A DNA stretch of 57,262 nucleotides from Armatimonadota bacterium (GTDB lineage Bacteria; Sysuimicrobiota; Sysuimicrobiia; Sysuimicrobiales; Humicultoraceae): NCBI GenBank assembly GCA_052386995.1, contig JBQTJP010000252.1:1-57262 (forward strand). Reading direction: 5' to 3'. The position numbers and the translations under genes were made by a program. Shown here one piece after another: positions 1 to 8,316 of the stretch. How positions within the stretch are numbered: position 1 is the first letter of the stretch; each line of letters opens with the position of its first letter. The notes beneath the pieces were generated by a model. That model was given only the letters and a program-made list of their open reading frames with translations. It did no database searches and was not told the DNA's origin.

Positions 1-440
1 CCGATCTCTTCGATGCACCGTTGGACGACGCTCGGCGCAGCCTCGATGTTCACGCCCATGGCCTCGACCACATCGGCGCTGCCGCACCTGTGGCGGTAGG
101 TACGCCCACCGTGCTTGGCCACATTCGCTCCCGCCCCGGCCACGACAAAGGCCACGGTACTCGAGATGTTGAACGTCGCGAACTGATCGCCGCCGGTGCC
201 GCACACGTCGATCAGGTTGTCCACCCGCGGCGAGATCCGCTGCGCCCGCTGGCGGGTCTCGCGCACGAACGCCGCCACTTCTTCCACCGTCTCGCCTTTC
301 ATCCGCAGCGCCGTGAAGAACGCGGCGATCTGCGCCGGCGTCGCCTGACCGTCCATGATGACCCCAAGCGCCGCGCGGGCCTCACCCTCGGTCAGGTTCT
401 GGCGGTCTATGAGCTTGCGGATGGCGTCCCGCAGATCCAT
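1..440 (-). CDS. trpD: anthranilate phosphoribosyltransferase (3' end runs off the window)
   Basis: Manual translation, absent from the ORF track: MDLRDAIRKLIDRQNLTEGEARAALGVIMDGQATPAQIAAFFTALRMKGETVEE...DVCGTGGD..TFNISST..VVAGAG..VAKHG..GSADVVEAMGV. These are the TrpD PRPP-binding motifs. Confidence 0.95.
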   Translation of the reverse strand, partial: MDLRDAIRKLIDRQNLTEGEARAALGVIMDGQATPAQIAAFFTALRMKGETVEEVAAFVRETRQRAQRISPRVDNLIDVCGTGGDQFATFNISSTVAFVVAGAGANVAKHGGRTYRHRCGSADVVEAMGVNIEAAPSVVQRCIEEI

Positions 441-452
441 TGGTAAGGCGGC

Positions 453-461
453 ATTATAGCA
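453..461 (-). promoter_or_regulatory. extended -10 promoter (TGCTATAAT) for trpD
   Basis: Minus-strand TG-C-TATAAT ends 12 nt before the trpD ATG, with no SD sequence. Confidence 0.55.
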
Positions 462-626
462 TTACGGGGCGTCACGGGCCACGGGTCAACCGGCGGGTTT
501 CAGCCGTCCGGAGGGGTGATCCCGGTCTATTCAGGGGGTCTCCCGCGGTGTCCCGCCCCTCCCTCCGCCTATATCCGGTCAAGGAAGCCGGGGGTTCGCT
601 GGAGGATTTGGGGAGCGTGCAGGCAG

Positions 627-645
627 GTATCCCCCTGGGGGATAC
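627..645. promoter_or_regulatory. perfect inverted repeat GTATCCCCC-T-GGGGGATAC, candidate operator
   Basis: 9-1-9 palindrome in the divergent trpD/cyclase intergenic region. Confidence 0.45.
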
Positions 646-731
646 GCTAATTCGGTCTTTCGGAGGATAGTGTTTGGGGGGCACCTCGGGTATCAGAGAC
701 TTTACAGGACCCGCACATAGGAGGGAAACAG

Positions 732-1553
732 GTGGATACCACCATCCACCCGGGAGCCGGAGCGGTGCAGACCGGCGGCCGGGTGCTTTCAGCACTTCTG
801 GAGGCGCTGGCCTCAGGGCGCGTGGAGATCGTCGAGCTCGGCGCCACGTTGAACGAGACGACCCCCGTGATACAGTTGCCGCCGCCGCTCGCGAACACAC
901 CCGGGCTCAAGAAGCACGCGATCTCCGAATATGACGAGAAGGGCCCAGCCTGGGCCTGGTATTGGTATGAGATCGGCGAGCATGCCGGCACGCATTTCGA
1001 CGCACCCTGCCACTGGATCACCGGCCGGCATCGAGAGGCGCTGCATCAACTCGATCCGCGGACGCTGATGGGGCCCGCAGCCGTCATCGATGTAACCGCG
1101 GAAGCCACCCGCAATCCCGACGTTACGGTCACCAAAGACATGCTGCTGGCGTGGGAGAAAGAGCATGGACGCATTCCCGCCGGAGCCTGGGTGCTGATTC
1201 GCAGCGGCTGGGCGGCGCGGGCCGGTGATCCGGCCGCGTTCAACAACGTACGCGAGGACGGTCCGCACACCCCAGGGATGGGGGCGTCGGGCGCGAAGTT
1301 CCTCGTCGAGGAGCGCGACGTTCTCGGCGTGGGCGTCGAGACGATCGGCACCGATGCCGGACAGGCCTTTAGAGAGAATCCTCCCTTCCCCAACCACGCG
1401 ACCATGCATGGGGCCGGAAAATACGGCCTCACCTCGCTGATCAATCTCGACCGCCTGCCGCTGACCGGCGCCGTGCTCGTCGTGCTACCCATGAAAGTTG
1501 AAGGCGGGACGGGGAGCCCTGTGCGCCCGATCGCCCTGGTGCCGAAGAGCTAG
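732..1553 (+). CDS. cyclase-family metal hydrolase (isatin hydrolase / kynurenine formamidase KynB-like)
   Basis: HAGTHFDAPCH (HxGTHxDxPxH) motif, YDEKGPAWAW segment like isatin hydrolases, C-terminal GGTGSPVRPIA. GTG start after AGGAGGG. Confidence 0.9.
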   Translation: MDTTIHPGAGAVQTGGRVLSALLEALASGRVEIVELGATLNETTPVIQLPPPLANTPGLKKHAISEYDEKGPAWAWYWYEIGEHAGTHFDAPCHWITGRHREALHQLDPRTLMGPAAVIDVTAEATRNPDVTVTKDMLLAWEKEHGRIPAGAWVLIRSGWAARAGDPAAFNNVREDGPHTPGMGASGAKFLVEERDVLGVGVETIGTDAGQAFRENPPFPNHATMHGAGKYGLTSLINLDRLPLTGAVLVVLPMKVEGGTGSPVRPIALVPKS

Positions 1554-1604
1554 CGGCGCGTCGGGAGCGCAGGAAGGGTCAGTCTATATCAGACGAGGTG
1601 TTCT

Positions 1605-2393
1605 ATGGCCGAGATCGCGGAATACACGCCGGATAGCCAGCCGATACTGCCGGGTAAAGGTGCGACTGACTACGAGCGCTACCTTCGCACCGACGAGCTG
1701 TTGTCGCTGCAGAAGACGCCGGCAGAAATGTTCCACCGGGATGAGCTGTTGTTTCAGACCGTGCATCAGTCGACCGAGCTCTGGCTGAAGCTCGCTGCGT
1801 GGGAGGTCGAGGGCGCGATCGAGAACATGCGGCACCGCCACCTGGGCGAGGCCATCCGGATGCTCCACCGCGCCACCGACTGCGTCGATCTCATGACCAA
1901 CCAGCTGCACATGATGGAGCACATGTCCCCCTGGGATTACCAGTCGATCCGCAAGGGCCTGGGTCACGGCAGCGGATTCGGCTCGCCCGGCTTCAACCGC
2001 ATCAACGAGTTGCCCCCAAAGCTGTGGGAGGCGTTCGACTCGCTGCTCAAGGACCACGGCCTGGGCGTCGTCGAACTCTATCAGCGTGGGCCGGAGTTTC
2101 CGGATCTCTTCCAGCTCGCCGAGCTGCTGATCAAGTGGGACGGCCGGGTGACCCTCTGGCGGCTGCATCACTTCAAGGTCGTCGAGCGTGTCATCGGCGG
2201 CGCAGTGGTCGGTACGGCCGGCACACCGATCGAGGTCCTCAACAGAATCCTCCACAAACGGCGCTTCCCCGCGCTGTGGGATGCCAGAAATGAGCTCACC
2301 GGGATCGCCAAGTGGACCGAAGGACAGCCAGACAGCGCACCCCCCGTACCGGCTGGGGGAGTGCACGTGGACGGAGGCCCGGGAGCGGCTTAG
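1605..2393 (+). CDS. kynA: tryptophan 2,3-dioxygenase
   Basis: DYERYLRTDELLSLQ, DELLFQTVHQSTELWLK, GSGFGSPGF, WRLHHFKVVERVIG, GTAGT, FPALW. SD GAGGTG. Confidence 0.92.
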   Translation: MAEIAEYTPDSQPILPGKGATDYERYLRTDELLSLQKTPAEMFHRDELLFQTVHQSTELWLKLAAWEVEGAIENMRHRHLGEAIRMLHRATDCVDLMTNQLHMMEHMSPWDYQSIRKGLGHGSGFGSPGFNRINELPPKLWEAFDSLLKDHGLGVVELYQRGPEFPDLFQLAELLIKWDGRVTLWRLHHFKVVERVIGGAVVGTAGTPIEVLNRILHKRRFPALWDARNELTGIAKWTEGQPDSAPPVPAGGVHVDGGPGAA

Positions 2394-3114
2394 AGCAGCC
2401 CGGGTCGCGATCCTGCCCGCCGGGGCCCACGAGGCCCAGGGCCCGCACATGCCGATGTCGGCGGACGGCATCATCGCCGACGAAATGTGCCTACGCGGCG
2501 CGGCGGAACTCCGCCAGCGCGGCATCGACGCCCTGGTACTGTCCGCTCTGCCCTACGGCGCCAGCTACGCATCCCTCCCCTTCCCCGGTACGATCATCCT
2601 CACGCCGGCCACGATCCAGGCGGTGGTGACAGACGTCGGCCGATCCCTGGCGAGGCACGGCGTGGCCTTCCTGTTCCTGGCCAGCGCACATCTGGAGCCA
2701 ACCCATTTATCGGCACTTCAGGCCGCCGCAAACACCCTCCAACACGAAACTGACCTCAAGGTTGGCACCCTGGACATCCGGGAGCCACGCTGGGCCGAGC
2801 GGCTGTCCGAAGAGTTTCGTAAGGGAGCTCGCCACGGGGGATCGTACGGCACGTCGCTCGTGCTGGCAGCGCGGCCCGACCTGGTGCGTATGGATGTCGC
2901 GCGCACGCTGGAGCCGGTCTGGATCAACCTGCTCGAGGTCGTCGCCAAGGGTGCTCGGACCTTCGATCAGGCTGGCTCGCCGCTGGCCTACTTTGGTGAG
3001 CCGGCGCAAGCGAGCGCCGAAGAAGGCGAGAAGCTCTTCCAGGCGCTGGGCACGATCATCGCGGATGCGGTGGAAGAGCTCATGGGCGCTGATCCTACGA
3101 CAGCGCGTCTCTAG
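2290..3114 (+). CDS. creatininase/amide hydrolase family protein (start uncertain; overlaps the kynA 3' end)
   Basis: LGECTWTEA..VAILPAGAHEAQGPHMPMSAD, LPYG.S..SLPFPGTI, SAHLEP, HGGSYGTS..PDLVRMD, FGEP..ASAEEGEKL. The nearest in-frame ATGs are at 2281 and 2290. Confidence 0.85.
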   Translation: MSSPGSPSGPKDSQTAHPPYRLGECTWTEARERLRAARVAILPAGAHEAQGPHMPMSADGIIADEMCLRGAAELRQRGIDALVLSALPYGASYASLPFPGTIILTPATIQAVVTDVGRSLARHGVAFLFLASAHLEPTHLSALQAAANTLQHETDLKVGTLDIREPRWAERLSEEFRKGARHGGSYGTSLVLAARPDLVRMDVARTLEPVWINLLEVVAKGARTFDQAGSPLAYFGEPAQASAEEGEKLFQALGTIIADAVEELMGADPTTARL

Positions 3115-3145
3115 CAGGCCGCTGCGCCGCCGTTTCGATCCCGAT

Positions 3146-3850
3146 CTATTGCGATCGGGGGAGCGCGCGGGCATAAAAAGCCCAGACGCGCTCGATGTTG
3201 ATGGGGTCCTCCCACGCGCGGGCGTACACCGCGACCTCTTCCGACGAGTAGTAGCGCGGTGTGCCCAATGGCATCGCGGCCATTTGCAGCCGCGCGGCCT
3301 CCTCCAGGTAAACGGCCCGTACGCAGGCCTCGGCAAGCGACCCGCCCACGACCACCTGGCCGTTGCCCCGCAGCAGCAATGCCTGGGCGCGGCCGAGCGT
3401 GCCCACCATGGCCTGGGCCCGGGCGTCGTCGGTGACGAGCGCTCCGTCGTCATGGACTGGAATCTCGCCGCCCACGATGCTGCCAAGGTAGTGTAGCGGC
3501 CGCACCGGGACGCGCAGCACGCTCAGGACCGAGGCCGCCTCCCCGTGGATCCGGCAGATGGCCTCGACGTCGGACCGCGCCCGGTAGATGGCGGTGTGGA
3601 TGGGAAGTTCGAGCGGCGGCCGGGATGAGCCGCGCTGGACACGGCCTGCCAGGTCCACCACCAGGAGGGTCTCCGGCGTGGCGGTGCCGGGACCGACCCG
3701 GGGAGAGATGAGGAAGTGATCGGTCCCCGCGATGCGGGCGCTCACGTGGCCGAACGCGGCCACCAGCCGCTGGCGGGTCAGGATGCGGCAGGCCGTGACC
3801 AGCCGCTCGGTGAGCGCGTCGACTCCGCTCTGCTCGTTGTGCCCGGCCAC
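3146..3850 (-). CDS. class II aldolase/adducin family protein (possible decarboxylase)
   Basis: FGHVSARI, PPLELPIHTAIYRARSDVEAICRIHG, ALLLRGNGQVVVG..LAEA..RAVYLEEAARLQ. SD GGGAGG. Confidence 0.88.
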   Translation of the reverse strand: MAGHNEQSGVDALTERLVTACRILTRQRLVAAFGHVSARIAGTDHFLISPRVGPGTATPETLLVVDLAGRVQRGSSRPPLELPIHTAIYRARSDVEAICRIHGEAASVLSVLRVPVRPLHYLGSIVGGEIPVHDDGALVTDDARAQAMVGTLGRAQALLLRGNGQVVVGGSLAEACVRAVYLEEAARLQMAAMPLGTPRYYSSEEVAVYARAWEDPINIERVWAFYARALPRSQ

Positions 3851-3882
3851 GGAACCTCCCTGGTCTTCTCCTCCGCGCGACC

Positions 3883-4671
3883 CTACATTCCCAATCCCGT
3901 GCGGATCCGGTTGACGCAGTCGAAGAACGCCGCCGTCTGCCTCACCGCGAGCTGCCGCGGCCGTGGCAGATCCACGTGCACGATCGCCGTGACAGTGCCC
4001 GGCCGCGCGGACATGACGATCACCTGATCGGACATGTACACGGCTTCCTCGATGTTGTGGGTCACGAGCAGGATCGTCTTGCCGGTCCGGTCCCAGATCT
4101 CCAGAACCTCCTGATTGAGCTGGTCGCGGGTCAGACCGTCCAGGGCACTGAACGGCTCGTCGAACAGCAGCAGCGGCGGATCGATGATCAGGGCACGGCA
4201 GATGGCCGCGCGCTGCTGCATGCCCCCGGAGAGCTGGCGCGGGTAGGACGTCTGGAACTCGCTGAGGCCGACCATGGCCAGCAGTTCCTGCGCCCGCTGG
4301 CTATACCGCGCGCGCGGATACCGCCGAATCTCGACGGGCAGGAGCACGTTGGCCAGCACCGGGCGCCAGGCCAGCAGCGTCGGCGACTGGAACACCATCC
4401 CGATGTTGGGCTGGGGGCCGGTCACCGGGCGGCCGTCGAACAGGATCTTGCCATCGGACGGCGGGATCACGCCCAGGATGATCTTGAGCAGCGTGCTCTT
4501 GCCGCAGCCGCTGGGTCCGACGATGCTGACGAAGCGGCCGCGCGGTACGTCAAAAGACACGCGGTCGATCGCCACCAGGTCGCGCGCGCGCAGCCGGTAG
4601 GATTTCGAGACGCCGCGCACTTCCAGGGCGACGCCCGCTCGCCCGCCGGCGTTCCCTGCCTCTTCCCCCAC
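3883..4671 (-). CDS. ABC transporter ATP-binding protein (NitT/TauT family; start approximate)
   Basis: Walker [18 protein letters not shown] signature, [19 protein letters not shown]. Confidence 0.93.
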   Translation of the reverse strand: MGEEAGNAGGRAGVALEVRGVSKSYRLRARDLVAIDRVSFDVPRGRFVSIVGPSGCGKSTLLKIILGVIPPSDGKILFDGRPVTGPQPNIGMVFQSPTLLAWRPVLANVLLPVEIRRYPRARYSQRAQELLAMVGLSEFQTSYPRQLSGGMQQRAAICRALIIDPPLLLFDEPFSALDGLTRDQLNQEVLEIWDRTGKTILLVTHNIEEAVYMSDQVIVMSARPGTVTAIVHVDLPRPRQLAVRQTAAFFDCVNRIRTGLGM

Positions 4672-4700
4672 CGGGCCGCCGCCGATCTGCGCCAGGCCCG

Positions 4701-5321
4701 TCAGGCCTCCTTCGAGTCTGCTTCGTAGACGGTGAGGCGCAGCGGCTTGGCCTTGAACGCGTTGACAGGGTTGAGTTCCTGCGGGCACATCGAGACCGCC
4801 ACCAGCAGGTCCATCTCGGCCCGCAGCTCGATGAAGTCTCCGGCGCGTGAGGGTGGTTCCGCAATCTGCGCGCGGCCGTCGGGATGGTGGATCACGTGCA
4901 TGAAGGGCGCAAAGGCGCCCGGCAGGTCATGTTTCGCGATGCCATGGGACGCTACGGCGGCGGCCAGGTTGTCCCGGCAGTTCTGCGTGCCCCGAATGCC
5001 GTAGCGCAGGTAGTTCAGTTCCTCGCTGCACATCGCGCCGCCGGGGTAGTTGCGGCCGACCGTATCCTCGACAACGGTGAACATCCGGTTGCAGTTGGTG
5101 GAATAGATCACGTGGCCCTTCGTGGGATTATAGGTATGGTTCAGCAGCATCGTGTTCTCGTTGTTCATCCTGTCGGTCAGGTCGTGGAGATTGAAGCAGA
5201 TGACATCCGCGACCTGCTTGCCTTCGACATCTTCGATCCGTAGAACTTGGCCCGTCCGCATCGCGAACGCCGTGTGGGATTTGGCGGGAAAGACCCGATC
5301 CATGATGACCGCGCGGCCCAC
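4701..5321 (-). CDS. DUF1989 / urea carboxylase-associated family protein
   Basis: GQVLRIEDVEGKQVAD, DTVGRN..GAMCS, NCRDNL, SRAGDFIELRAEMDLLVAVSMCPQ. SD GGAGGTG. Confidence 0.88.
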   Translation of the reverse strand: MGRAVIMDRVFPAKSHTAFAMRTGQVLRIEDVEGKQVADVICFNLHDLTDRMNNENTMLLNHTYNPTKGHVIYSTNCNRMFTVVEDTVGRNYPGGAMCSEELNYLRYGIRGTQNCRDNLAAAVASHGIAKHDLPGAFAPFMHVIHHPDGRAQIAEPPSRAGDFIELRAEMDLLVAVSMCPQELNPVNAFKAKPLRLTVYEADSKEA

Positions 5322-5342
5322 GTCGATTCACCTCCAGGTGGA

Positions 5343-6095
5343 TCAGCTCGCGCTCTCCGACGGCGTCCAGGGAAGGAGCAGGCGTTCGAGCGCCAGGATC
5401 AGGTTAAACAACCCGATGCCGGCGATGCCGAGCACGAGGATCGAGGCGAAGATCTGCTCTGTCTGCAAGCGCCCGGACCCGACCAGGATGAGGAAGCCCA
5501 GACCCTGGTCCGCGCTCACGAACTCCCCCACGACGCCCCCGATCAGCGACAGTGTGATGGAGACGCGGAACGCCGCGAACAGGTACGGCAGGGCATGCGG
5601 AAAGCGGATCTTAAACAGTTCCTGCCACCGCGTCGCCGAGAGGCCCCGGATCAAATACAGCAGGTCCTCCTCCACGGCCCGCAACCCCGCCACGGTGTTG
5701 ATCACGATCGGAAAGAACGACACAAGGAACGCGACGGCGATCTTGGGGGCGCTGCCAAACCCCAGCCAGATCACCAGCAGGGGCGCGATCGCGATGGTGG
5801 GGATCACCTGGGTGGTGACGAGCAGCGGCAGGAAGGCTTCCTCGAGGAACTTGAACTGCACGATCACGATCCCGAGGAAAATGCCGATCGTCACCGACAG
5901 CAGGAAGCCCGACAGCGCCTGCCTGATCGTCACGAGCGCGTGATAGAGCACGGCCTGCCAGTGCGCCGCCAGAAATGCGAGAATCCTGCTCGGCGGCGGG
6001 AGCACGAAATTCGGCACCCCGCTCGTCCGGACGAACACTTCCCAGGCCAGGAGGATCCCGACCAGGAGCACCGCCGGCTTCCACTGGCTGGCCAT
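5343..6095 (-). CDS. ABC transporter permease (NitT/TauT family)
   Basis: LPPPSRI, IPTIAIAPLLVIWLGFG, FFPIVINTVAGL, LGAxR-type EAA loop, GEFVSADQGLG. Confidence 0.93.
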   Translation of the reverse strand: MASQWKPAVLLVGILLAWEVFVRTSGVPNFVLPPPSRILAFLAAHWQAVLYHALVTIRQALSGFLLSVTIGIFLGIVIVQFKFLEEAFLPLLVTTQVIPTIAIAPLLVIWLGFGSAPKIAVAFLVSFFPIVINTVAGLRAVEEDLLYLIRGLSATRWQELFKIRFPHALPYLFAAFRVSITLSLIGGVVGEFVSADQGLGFLILVGSGRLQTEQIFASILVLGIAGIGLFNLILALERLLLPWTPSESAS

Positions 6096-6107
6096 GCCCG
6101 TCCGACG

Positions 6108-7112
6108 CTACTTCTTCAGGAACTCGTTCGTGTAGAGCTCACTCAGCGGCAGTTCCTTCTGCTGACCGCCATACTTGCGCATCAGGTCCTGGGTGATCTT
6201 CCAGCGCTCCTCGCTCATCCAGCCCAGGCCTTCCTTCTGGACCTCGTCGTCCGAGAAGTAGGGCTCCAGCACGGCGAGCTCTCCGGCGAAGTAGCCGACG
6301 CTGCTCCCCGGATCTTTCGAGTAACTGGCCGTGATCTCCGCGGCCTCCTTGGTGTTCTTGATGACAAACTCCAGGCCCCGCAGGGATGCCTGCACGAACT
6401 TGCGGACCGTCTCGGGATTCTTCTGAAGGAATTCCCCGTTCACGATGATCGCACTGGAGTAAGAGTTGATCCCGAACTTGTAGTACGGCAGAAAGTCCAC
6501 CTTGTCCTGAATATTCACGAACTCCTGGATGTACCCGAGGACGGTGTCCACCTTACCTTCGAGCAGTGTCGGCACCCGGGCGCCGAAGTTCATCGAGACA
6601 AACTTGATGTCGGCCATCTTTGATCCGTTCGCTTCGAGCACCGCGGGCAGCAGCGTTGCCGTCGCGGTCTCCGGCGTGTCGCCGACCGACTTGCCCGCCA
6701 GGTCCTTGATGCTCGCGATACCCGCACCCTTCTTGATCACAAACACCGCTGGTGTCCTGCGCACCACCACGGCCACCGCCTTGACGGAGGCGCCGGTCGC
6801 CGCGGCCTTCACCATGGTGGCCGAGTCGGCGAACCCGAACTGCGCCTTGCCGGAGACCACGACCTTGACCGTATCCCCGGACCCCTGCCCCGGCTGGATG
6901 TCGACCTTCAGGCCCGCCTCTTCGTACCAGCCTTTCTTCAGGGCCACGAAGAACGGTGCGTGAATGCCGTCAACGGTCCAGTCCAGGTATAGCGTGACCG
7001 GCTGAGCGGTGCCTGCCGATCTCCCCCCGCAGCCTGCGGCGGTCAGGGCGGACACCACGAGCATCAGCGCTGCAATGCGACCAAAGCGAAACGCTGCGAG
7101 CCAAGCTCTCAT
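6108..7112 (-). CDS. ABC substrate-binding lipoprotein, NMT1/THI5-like
   Basis: Lipobox-like LTAAGC, LDWTVDGIHAPFFVALKKGWYEEAGLKVDIQPGQGS, C-terminal LYTNEFL. Confidence 0.88.
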   Translation of the reverse strand: MRAWLAAFRFGRIAALMLVVSALTAAGCGGRSAGTAQPVTLYLDWTVDGIHAPFFVALKKGWYEEAGLKVDIQPGQGSGDTVKVVVSGKAQFGFADSATMVKAAATGASVKAVAVVVRRTPAVFVIKKGAGIASIKDLAGKSVGDTPETATATLLPAVLEANGSKMADIKFVSMNFGARVPTLLEGKVDTVLGYIQEFVNIQDKVDFLPYYKFGINSYSSAIIVNGEFLQKNPETVRKFVQASLRGLEFVIKNTKEAAEITASYSKDPGSSVGYFAGELAVLEPYFSDDEVQKEGLGWMSEERWKITQDLMRKYGGQQKELPLSELYTNEFLKK

Positions 7113-7154
7113 CCCGCACCCCCATTGTCACCGTCTGTGGGATCTGACGATGGT

Positions 7155-7179
7155 ATTCGCAGCGCCCTTCGCTCTTCCT
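7155..7179 (-). promoter_or_regulatory. SigH-like promoter AGGA-N17-GAAT
   Basis: Matches the Bacillus sigma-H core spacing about 40 nt upstream of the NMT1-like operon. Confidence 0.4.
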
Positions 7180-7191
7180 CGTCCGAGTCGG

Positions 7192-8316
7192 TCAGGCCAG
7201 CGCGGCCAGGATCTCCTCGCGGACCTGCGGCTCCTCCTCCGCTTCGCGCGCAGCCTCCAGAACTCTGCGCGCGGCGTCGCCGCCGATGCGCCCCAACGCC
7301 CAGGCGGCGTGGCCCCGGACGACCGGATCATCGGGATCACGCAGCGCCTCTGCCAGCACCGGCACCGCCCGGGCATCGCCCAGGTTGCCCAGCGCAACCG
7401 CGACATTGCGGCGCAGCCCGCTGCGCTTCGCGCGCTTCACCGCGCTGCGTCGGAAGCGCCGGCGGTAATCCGCCTCTGAGATGTTCAGCAGCGGCAGCAG
7501 GAGTGGATGCGTGCCGACGTCGGGCCGCGGCTGAAACTCCCGATGCGCGGTCGGCTTCGCCAGGCGATTGAACGGACACGCCTCCTGACAGAGGTCGCAG
7601 CCGAAGATCATGTCCTCCAGCGTGGGGCGGACCTCGCGGGGGATCCAGCCGCGATGTTCGATCGTCCAGTACGAGATGCACTTGCGCGTATCGACAACCC
7701 CGGGCGCCGTGATCGCACCGGTGGGGCAGGCCTCGTCGCCGCGCATGCAGGCCTCGCAAAGCCCGCAGTCTCCCGACGCCGGAGGATCGGGCCGCAGCTC
7801 CAGATCAGTGAGGATTTCCCCGAGCACGACCCATGTGCCGAAGGATTTTGTGATCAGGCAGGAGTGGCGGCCGCACCAGCCCAGGCCCGCGCGCTGCGCG
7901 ACCGCGCGATCGAGCACCGGGCCGGTGTCCACATAGTAGTGCGCGAGTTTTGCGCCGCGGCTCTTGAGAAAACCGCACAGCAGCCGCAGCCGTGTCCACA
8001 TCACCAGGTGATAATCGTCGCCCCACGCGTAGCGGGCAATACGGCCACGCAGCTCATCATCGGCCGGCGCGGCCGGATCACCGGCGTAGTAGTTCATCGC
8101 TACCGCGATGATCGAGCGCGCTCCGGGACGCGCGCGCCGCGGGTCGCCGACGCGGTCGCGGTGGGCGGCCATGTACTCCATCCCGGCATGCGCGCCGCTG
8201 TCGATCCACCGCTGATAGGCCGCATCGGCCTCAGGGAACGGCTCGGCCGTGGTGATGCCCACCAGGTCAAACCCGAGGTCGCGCGCCTTGTCTTTAACCG
8301 CCGCTTCGAGGCTCAT
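7192..8316 (-). CDS. queG: tRNA epoxyqueuosine(34) reductase
   Basis: IARYAWGDDYH, YVDTGPVLDR, CGLCEAC..ACPTGA, CISYWTIE, IFGCDLCQEACPFN, C-terminal HEAT repeats. Start taken at MSLEAAVK. Confidence 0.95.
   Translation of the reverse strand: MSLEAAVKDKARDLGFDLVGITTAEPFPEADAAYQRWIDSGAHAGMEYMAAHRDRVGDPRRARPGARSIIAVAMNYYAGDPAAPADDELRGRIARYAWGDDYHLVMWTRLRLLCGFLKSRGAKLAHYYVDTGPVLDRAVAQRAGLGWCGRHSCLITKSFGTWVVLGEILTDLELRPDPPASGDCGLCEACMRGDEACPTGAITAPGVVDTRKCISYWTIEHRGWIPREVRPTLEDMIFGCDLCQEACPFNRLAKPTAHREFQPRPDVGTHPLLLPLLNISEADYRRRFRRSAVKRAKRSGLRRNVAVALGNLGDARAVPVLAEALRDPDDPVVRGHAAWALGRIGGDAARRVLEAAREAEEEPQVREEILAALA

Noticed and set aside
1582..1594. Small palindrome GTCT-ATATC-AGAC before kynA
   Set aside because: The arms are only 4 bp, which is expected by chance.
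7113..7191. TPP or guanidine riboswitch upstream of the NMT1/DUF1989 operon
   Set aside because: The region is short and lacks CTGAGA/ACCTGA (TPP) and ykkC or mini-ykkC signatures.
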